From assembly GCA_965197885.1 (NCBI GenBank), contig OZ240231.1, forward strand, positions 1,166,369 through 1,230,368: a stretch of DNA of 64,000 nucleotides, given 5' to 3'. A program made the translations under genes and the position numbers. Positions 58,184 to 64,000 of this stretch are shown here, one piece after another. Numbering within the stretch: position 1 is the stretch's first letter; every line of letters begins with the position of its first letter. Under the pieces are notes generated by a model that was not told where the DNA came from, did not search any database, and saw nothing but the letters and a program-made list of their open reading frames with translations. This DNA comes from Thermodesulfobacteriota bacterium (lineage in GTDB: Bacteria > Desulfobacterota_D > UBA1144 > Nemesobacterales > Nemesobacteraceae).

Positions 58184-59866
58184 CTAGCTCTCCGCCAGTA
58201 CCTCTTCCGTAACCCTGAGAACCTCGTCAATTGACGTTATACCTTTCGCGACTTTGTCAGCACCGTCCATTCTCAGGCTGACAAGTCCGTTTCTCAGAGC
58301 CTTTTCCTTAAGGGTGGCCGAATCCGGATTTATGAGAACAGCGTTTTTAAGCTCGTCATCAATCAGCAGAATCTCAAAAATTGCTATTCTTCCAGAAAAC
58401 CCCGTCTCCATGCACTCATGGCACCCTCTAGCCCTGTAGATCTTTCCTTCGGGACAAAACTCGCGCGCAAGTCCGATACGGGTAAGTTCTTCGCCAAGCG
58501 GCACGTACTGTTCTTTGCACTGCGTGCATAGAATCCTGACAAGTCTCTGGGCTACTACCGCCGAGAGGGTCGAAGCTATAAGAAAAGACTCCACTCCCAT
58601 ATCGGCAAGCCTGGTCACGGCACTTACCGAATCATTGGTATGCAATGTGGAAAATACGAGGTGTCCCGTGAGCGAAGCGTTCATGGAAATATCGGCGGTT
58701 TCCCTGTCCCTTATTTCCCCCACAAGTATAACGTCAGGGTCCTGTCTCAGTATTGAGCGAAGTCCGTTTGCAAACGTAAGACCCACCTTGGTGTTAACCT
58801 GGATCTGGTTGATTCCCTGTATCTGGTATTCAACCGGATCTTCTATGGTAATTATCTTCTTGTCGGGAAGATTGATCCTCTGCAGGGCGGCATAAAGACT
58901 CGTCGTCTTGCCGCTTCCCGTGGGTCCCGTAACGAGTATTATTCCGTGGGGACGCCTGGCAAGGGATTCCAGCAACTCAAGCTTTTTTCCTTCAAGACCA
59001 AGCTGTTCAAAGCTCATTAGCACCGAAGACCTGTAAAGCAGCCGCATTACCACGCTCTCTCCCCATGAAGTGGGAACGGTCGAAACCCTTACGTCAATAT
59101 CCCTTCCTCCAATCTTCAGCCTTATGCTTCCGTCCTGGGGCTTCCTTCTCTCCGCTATGTCAAGTTCAGACATGATCTTCACACGCGAGATCACCGAAGA
59201 CTGCACTGTTTTCGGAACTTTAGTCACGTCGTGCAGAATGCCGTCCTTTCTGAATCGGACCAGCACTTCTTTTTCAAAGCACTCTATATGAATATCGCTG
59301 GCGTGCTCCCTTACAGCCTGAAAAAGAAGCGTGTTTATGAATTTTATGATCGGGGCTTCATCTTCGGCCTCAATCAGATCCTGGGGTTCGGTAAACTCCA
59401 TGTCGGAGAGTCCCGAACCGTCGTTCATATCTCCTGAGACAACGTCTTTGCCCTGTTCGTAAACCCTGTTAATGCTGTCGTTCAGTATGCGCTCAAGAGT
59501 AATATAAGTTTCAAGTGAGCAGTTAAAGCGGGATCGCACCTCGTCAAGGGCATAGAGCTCCTGGGGCGGGGCGAACACAACTTTGAGCGTTCCGTTGTCT
59601 TTGTTTATGGGGAGTATTCTGAATTTTTTAGCGAAACTGATCGGAAACTGCTTTATCAGTTCATAATCTATGTCGTCTTCGGGAATTGATTCGATTTTCT
59701 CGATTCCGTAGAATTCGGAAAGGACGTCAAGGGCCGGGGAATCTTTGAGTATGTCCGTTTTGAGCAGTATGTCTTCGGTGTTCCGACCGTTTTTCCCTTT
59801 TAGCTCTTCAATTCTCCCCATCACTTCGGGGTAACGCCTGCTTATTATTTCATCCAGGGCCTTCAT
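58184..59866 (-). CDS. gspE: type II secretion system ATPase GspE
   Basis: The Walker A motif is GPTGSGKTT. Asp and His boxes are present, together with the tetracysteine zinc motif (CTQC...CHEC). Length is 560 aa. Confidence 0.93.
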   Translation of the reverse strand: MKALDEIISRRYPEVMGRIEELKGKNGRNTEDILLKTDILKDSPALDVLSEFYGIEKIESIPEDDIDYELIKQFPISFAKKFRILPINKDNGTLKVVFAPPQELYALDEVRSRFNCSLETYITLERILNDSINRVYEQGKDVVSGDMNDGSGLSDMEFTEPQDLIEAEDEAPIIKFINTLLFQAVREHASDIHIECFEKEVLVRFRKDGILHDVTKVPKTVQSSVISRVKIMSELDIAERRKPQDGSIRLKIGGRDIDVRVSTVPTSWGESVVMRLLYRSSVLMSFEQLGLEGKKLELLESLARRPHGIILVTGPTGSGKTTSLYAALQRINLPDKKIITIEDPVEYQIQGINQIQVNTKVGLTFANGLRSILRQDPDVILVGEIRDRETADISMNASLTGHLVFSTLHTNDSVSAVTRLADMGVESFLIASTLSAVVAQRLVRILCTQCKEQYVPLGEELTRIGLAREFCPEGKIYRARGCHECMETGFSGRIAIFEILLIDDELKNAVLINPDSATLKEKALRNGLVSLRMDGADKVAKGITSIDEVLRVTEEVLAES

Positions 59867-59881
59867 TTTCTTAGAACTTCC

Positions 59882-62446
59882 CTACTCAAGCGTATTCAGA
59901 TCCCTTTTGTGAAGCAAGGTCTTCCTTCTCTGGTAATCCAGAAGCAGCTGCTTCATATCGCTTTCCGTCTCAACTATCCGCGGGGTAAGAAGTATCATCA
60001 GGTTAAGCTTCCTGTTCTGGGTACGTTTGAACCTGAACAGGTTTCCAAGAATCGGAATATCTCCAAGTAAAGGGGTCTTGTTGTGAAGCACCTCTTCTCT
60101 GTCCTGAACCAGCCCGCCTATAACAAGGGTCTGTCCGTTTTTGACTATAACCGACGAGTCGGCGCTTCTCGTCGTGGTCGCGATACCGAACTGGGCGGTA
60201 TTAAGTCCCGAGGGCGCCTCCCGTGTGGAGGAAACTTCGGTAACTATGTCAAGGTTAAGGTATTCGCCTTCGCTTATCTGGGGTGTGATGCTGAGCCTTA
60301 TTCCCACCGGCAGCCTCTCGATCGTCTGAACCGTCACGCCGCTTGTGCCCACGGTGCTGCCCATCGGAAACGGTATTATGTCAGCAACCACTATCTCAGC
60401 CGGCTCGTTGTCGGTAGTGATAATGCTCGGGGTTGAGAGAACGTTGACGTCGGTCACGGAATTTAGTGCCTGGAACACCGCGGAGAACGAAGGAAGAGCC
60501 GGAAGGGGACCCGAACCGTCGGCATCTATTTCCTCTCCCACAACGCCGAGAAAAAGCCCCGAGAGACTGCCTATGGCTGTCGCTGCGGTCGCGGGGTTGG
60601 CCGCGACTCCGAGAAGGCTCGGGATGCCCGGCAGCTGCTGTCCCACAAAACCGAGGTTGTCGCCCTCGATTCTGAGACCGAGGCCGAAGTTGGCTCCCAG
60701 CGCACGCAGGTTGTCAAGACCCACCTCAAGTATGGCGGCCTCAACGAATACCTGTCTTCTTCTTACGTCAAGTTTGTCCACTATCTGCTTAACCATTCTG
60801 TACTGCGTGAGGGAACCGACCACTATAATGGAGTTTGTCGCGGGATCAGAAGTTATCTTCAATCCATCGGAGGAAGATACGACTACGGAACCGCCGGTCT
60901 GTTGGCTCCCTCCTCTTTTTATGTTCCCGCCTCCTGAGCCGAGACCGCCGGCATCTCCGCGATTACTCAGGTTGCCTTCCCCAAGACGGTTTGAAGACTG
61001 GCTTGTTCTGCCGGATTGTCGCGTATTGTCACGGTAGGAAGCAGAAGAAACGGCATTGCCCCCTCCCTCCGTGAACAGATTCCCGAGAACCTCGATTATC
61101 TGCTCGGCGTCGGCGTTTTTAACCGGTATAACGTAGACGTCTTGTTCAGCATACTCGCTTTCGATGTCCAAAACAGCGATCGTCTCCTTTATCAGGGTAA
61201 TGTCCCTCGGGTCGGCAATCACTATTATGGAGTTCGTCCTTTCGTCGTTTATCACTTTAAAGCCCAAAAGCTCCGAGCTTCCGGATACGAATCCGTCGTC
61301 TTTGCCTTTTGACGGCTTCCTCTTGGCGCTTTTGGGGCTGAAGATCTCAAGCAGCTTGAAAATCACGTTGGCCGAGCTTGTGTTATTCACCTTTACGAAC
61401 TCTATTTTCTTATCATAATCAAGACTCGCCACCACTTCCGCTATCCTGTTCACGTTATCTTCATTGTCAATCACAACTAGGGTGTTTGCCGGTTCGTAAG
61501 CCTTCATAAACCCTTCCTTGCTCACCAAGCTTCGAAGGATGTTGGAGACTCCCTTGGCTTTTACGCTTTTAAGCTTTATCAGCTTCATCACGTATTTCTG
61601 GGAAGACTCTCCAAGGTCAAAATCCGACCTCAGCGGTATGCTCTCTGACTTTATCCCCTTTTTCGGAACGATCTTGTTGACTCCGTTTGCGCTTACAACC
61701 GAATAACCGTTCATATCAAGCAGTATTTCAAAAATCCTAAACGCGTTCTCCCTCTCGAAACCACCCTGGGGAGTGATGATCGTCACGTTCTTGTCCCTGA
61801 TCTTGTCACTTAGGAGATAAACCTCGGAGGTTATCTCACTTATGGTCTTCACCATTTCCTTAAGCGTCATGTTGGCGCGAAGGTTGACCATTCCCTCGTC
61901 CTCGAGAATTTCATCGCCCTCTTCCCCAACGGTTTCATCGCCGGAACCCGAGGCGATCTCCTCAGGTTTGGCTTCAGCAGCCTTCTCACTTGGAGCCTCA
62001 GCAACCGCGGGCGACACCTCTTCAGGCTCCGGGGCCTCCTGCGGTTCGAGCTCCGGCTCGGCTACAACTCCCGGCTGAGCCAAATCAAGCGGGAGGCCGG
62101 GGTCTTCGACGAAATCCTCAGCGACCTCGTTGCCGGAGACTTTAACCGCATCTTTGCCGAAGGGTCTTGTAACTTTTCTACCAGGATTCTTCGCCGCTTC
62201 CTCGGCTAACGCCTTCGCGGCTTCTCTGACAATATCAGCGGGCTTCGGAGGCAGATCTTTTATGGACCCATTCTGCCCTTGCGCTTCCTGCTGTCCGGAA
62301 CTCGGAGCGACAACAGCCTTTAACGTCCTAGGATCCGGCGGCTCGGGGCTCTCGCCGGAAGCCGGCTGCGTACAGACGATCGAAGCGGAAAAAACGAGAA
62401 CCGCCGCCAGAACCAAAAAAAGATTTTTATCAAGAAAATATCTCAT
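59882..62446 (-). CDS. gspD: type II secretion system secretin GspD with acidic low-complexity N-terminal extension
   Basis: N0-N3 domains are followed by a C-terminal secretin domain (...GGLVQD....K.PLLGDIPILGNLFR). The 854-aa length includes an acidic Pro/Glu/Ala-rich leader of about 160 aa and an internal Gly/Ser-rich insert. Confidence 0.9.
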   Translation of the reverse strand: MRYFLDKNLFLVLAAVLVFSASIVCTQPASGESPEPPDPRTLKAVVAPSSGQQEAQGQNGSIKDLPPKPADIVREAAKALAEEAAKNPGRKVTRPFGKDAVKVSGNEVAEDFVEDPGLPLDLAQPGVVAEPELEPQEAPEPEEVSPAVAEAPSEKAAEAKPEEIASGSGDETVGEEGDEILEDEGMVNLRANMTLKEMVKTISEITSEVYLLSDKIRDKNVTIITPQGGFERENAFRIFEILLDMNGYSVVSANGVNKIVPKKGIKSESIPLRSDFDLGESSQKYVMKLIKLKSVKAKGVSNILRSLVSKEGFMKAYEPANTLVVIDNEDNVNRIAEVVASLDYDKKIEFVKVNNTSSANVIFKLLEIFSPKSAKRKPSKGKDDGFVSGSSELLGFKVINDERTNSIIVIADPRDITLIKETIAVLDIESEYAEQDVYVIPVKNADAEQIIEVLGNLFTEGGGNAVSSASYRDNTRQSGRTSQSSNRLGEGNLSNRGDAGGLGSGGGNIKRGGSQQTGGSVVVSSSDGLKITSDPATNSIIVVGSLTQYRMVKQIVDKLDVRRRQVFVEAAILEVGLDNLRALGANFGLGLRIEGDNLGFVGQQLPGIPSLLGVAANPATAATAIGSLSGLFLGVVGEEIDADGSGPLPALPSFSAVFQALNSVTDVNVLSTPSIITTDNEPAEIVVADIIPFPMGSTVGTSGVTVQTIERLPVGIRLSITPQISEGEYLNLDIVTEVSSTREAPSGLNTAQFGIATTTRSADSSVIVKNGQTLVIGGLVQDREEVLHNKTPLLGDIPILGNLFRFKRTQNRKLNLMILLTPRIVETESDMKQLLLDYQRRKTLLHKRDLNTLE

Positions 62447-62488
62447 AACCTGTTTTAACCTTGAGAAACTGAATTTTCCACCGTGGGC

Positions 62489-63439
62489 CTAGTAAACCGT
62501 GTACCGATTGCTTTTTCTTTTACCTCTCCTCGTGAAATCAACGGTGAATTCGCTCTGACCCCTTAAATCGGTGAAAAGCGAAAGAGCGTTTTGCATGTCG
62601 TTTAAAGCGACTTCATTTATCTGGTGAACTACATCCCCGTTTCTAAGACCCATCTTATAAAACACGCTCCTGCTTTTCACTCCGAAGATCTTGATGCCGT
62701 CATCGCGCGGCACAATTTTAGCCTCTGTTATTAAACTTCCGGGCTCAGCGAGCAGCTCGTCAAACATCCTTCTCTCTATCTGGTACACGCCGTCGCTGAC
62801 TTTGCTTACCCCCGAAGCCGACGACTTCTTTGACTTCACAGATGTTTTGTTTCTTCTCGAAGATGGGCTTGGGGGGCTTTTTGAAAAAACGGATTCGAGT
62901 TCATTTCCGCATGTAATCAGTTCCGGACCCTCGGCGCGACGTATAGTCACCTCGCAGTCGTCTATTTTCACTACCTCCACTTTCTCGGATGTTACAAGGT
63001 CAACCCACTGCCCTTCAGAATAACCCTTTATTTTAAGATTTTCCATATTCTTTATTACAGCGACGCTCCTGTTCGCCGAAGGATGAGTGCGGCTTTTGAA
63101 TATGAAAGTTCCCAGAAGTTCAAGCTTGAGGGAAGTTTTCGGGGTGATTTCCCCCTCCAAAACAGCGGGGAAATCACTGGTTTCCATTTGCCCCGCGTAC
63201 CCGCTCGCTCCAAACAGGTTCGTTTTCAGTATCGAGTCGTAGTAGCTCCTTGAACGATAAGGAATCTTAACCCGCCCATACTTCTCCTTATAGAGGTGTT
63301 CGCTTGTCACACCGCCCTTGTCAGATTCTATCTTGTCGCGCAGGCCGTTGTTGATCATGGCCGCGACCGAGTACGCAATGGCGACTATCAGCAAGACATT
63401 TACGACCCAGACGTACTTTCTTAAAAGAAGCAAAAGCAT
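62489..63439 (-). CDS. gspC: type II secretion system protein GspC (PDZ-containing)
   Basis: An N-terminal TM anchor is followed by an HR-like middle region and a C-terminal PDZ (GLRNGDVVHQINEVAL). It is the first gene of the operon. Confidence 0.75.
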   Translation of the reverse strand: MLLLLLRKYVWVVNVLLIVAIAYSVAAMINNGLRDKIESDKGGVTSEHLYKEKYGRVKIPYRSRSYYDSILKTNLFGASGYAGQMETSDFPAVLEGEITPKTSLKLELLGTFIFKSRTHPSANRSVAVIKNMENLKIKGYSEGQWVDLVTSEKVEVVKIDDCEVTIRRAEGPELITCGNELESVFSKSPPSPSSRRNKTSVKSKKSSASGVSKVSDGVYQIERRMFDELLAEPGSLITEAKIVPRDDGIKIFGVKSRSVFYKMGLRNGDVVHQINEVALNDMQNALSLFTDLRGQSEFTVDFTRRGKRKSNRYTVY

Positions 63440-63531
63440 AGTAATTTCCTAAATTAATTTCACGTAACTTAATAGAATACCTTATTTTTTGGTAATATCC
63501 CCATCATCACGCAACCTCCGGAAACGCAAAG

Positions 63532-64000
63532 TTATGAAAACTCAGAATTCTTAAGCGATGCCGCACCGACGACAGGGGAGTTTTCAAGCACACCACAAAA
63601 GTACCGCTTTTCAAGATTATATATATCAAAAGCAAGCTCCGAGGCCCGCTCAAATCCCCGTTCGCACAAAGCACTTTCGCTTATCTCTTTGAAAAGCACT
63701 CCAATATCGTACCACTTCTGACCGATCCTGTTCATCTCCTCCGGCAGATCGGATCCGTAAGAAGGCGAAAGCACAGCGGAGACTTCTTCCAGGAAATCCC
63801 TGTAAAACCACCTGAAAGCGGCTCCGCAAACCCCCCTTCTGCATATGACCTGATAAGTGAACCTCGATGTCCACTTCCAGTCAGCAATATCCTTCCATCC
63901 CGGAAGATCCTCGGCCCATTTCTTTATGACCTCAACGCTTGAGGTTCCTCTGAGAGTGGTTCGGCCTTCAAGCATCATCTCGGCGTTTTTTCTGACAGCA
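63532..64000 (-). CDS. hypothetical protein, C-terminal part (possibly DUF4872/BtrH-like); frame stays open to the window edge
   Basis: There is no stop between 63978 and the window end. The FRWFYRDFLEE pattern is reminiscent of DUF4872. This is a weak recollection only. Confidence 0.4.
   Translation of the reverse strand, partial: AVRKNAEMMLEGRTTLRGTSSVEVIKKWAEDLPGWKDIADWKWTSRFTYQVICRRGVCGAAFRWFYRDFLEEVSAVLSPSYGSDLPEEMNRIGQKWYDIGVLFKEISESALCERGFERASELAFDIYNLEKRYFCGVLENSPVVGAASLKNSEFS

Overview
This is a densely coding 64-kb chromosomal window from a diderm bacterium, as shown by an outer-membrane beta-barrel protein, lipoproteins and a type II secretion operon. All family assignments are by eye from motifs and architecture; no searches were run.

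Housekeeping content:
- guaA and guaB, gyrA, proB and mltG, rsmD and coaD, an aspartate aminotransferase, hom and rnc.
- A Sir2 deacylase, a GST and a thioesterase.
- Four tRNAs: Gly-GCC, a tandem Ala-GGC/Ala-CGC pair, and Leu-CAG.

Nitrogen-control genes lie at 44.5-51.3 kb. They comprise hom, an NtrB-like kinase and ntrC, followed by glnB-glnA with a candidate NtrC site and a weak sigma-54 promoter.

A gspC-D-E-F-G-H-I-J-K type II secretion operon spans 53.9-63.4 kb on the minus strand. No gspL, gspM or gspO is visible.

A compact group IIC intron with an RT/maturase ORF lies at 51.28-53.16 kb. It sits antisense between the glnA stop codon and the glnA terminator hairpin.

A 1002-aa lipoprotein (36.1-39.1 kb) carries a 30-bp Pro-rich repeat, five near-identical 264-bp cadherin-like repeats plus one diverged copy, and a PQQ-type sugar dehydrogenase propeller.

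The most interesting region is 9.1-26.7 kb, a co-directional, tightly packed locus of 20 genes.
- It contains every non-nitrilase member of the poorly understood Nit1C / MSMEG_0565-0572 / Sll0783-0787 nitrogen-starvation cluster: GNAT, AIR-synthase-like, Sll0783-like, radical SAM, flavoprotein, MSMEG_0570-like and GT4.
- No nitrilase is present.
- Those genes are interleaved with an FdrA/DUF1116/DUF2877 (E. coli AllFGH-like) set and a carbamate kinase.
- Further members are an XRE-cupin regulator, an orphan FdrA N-domain paralogue, OsmC, a methyltransferase and three PLP-fold enzymes. One of these enzymes has His in place of the Schiff-base Lys.
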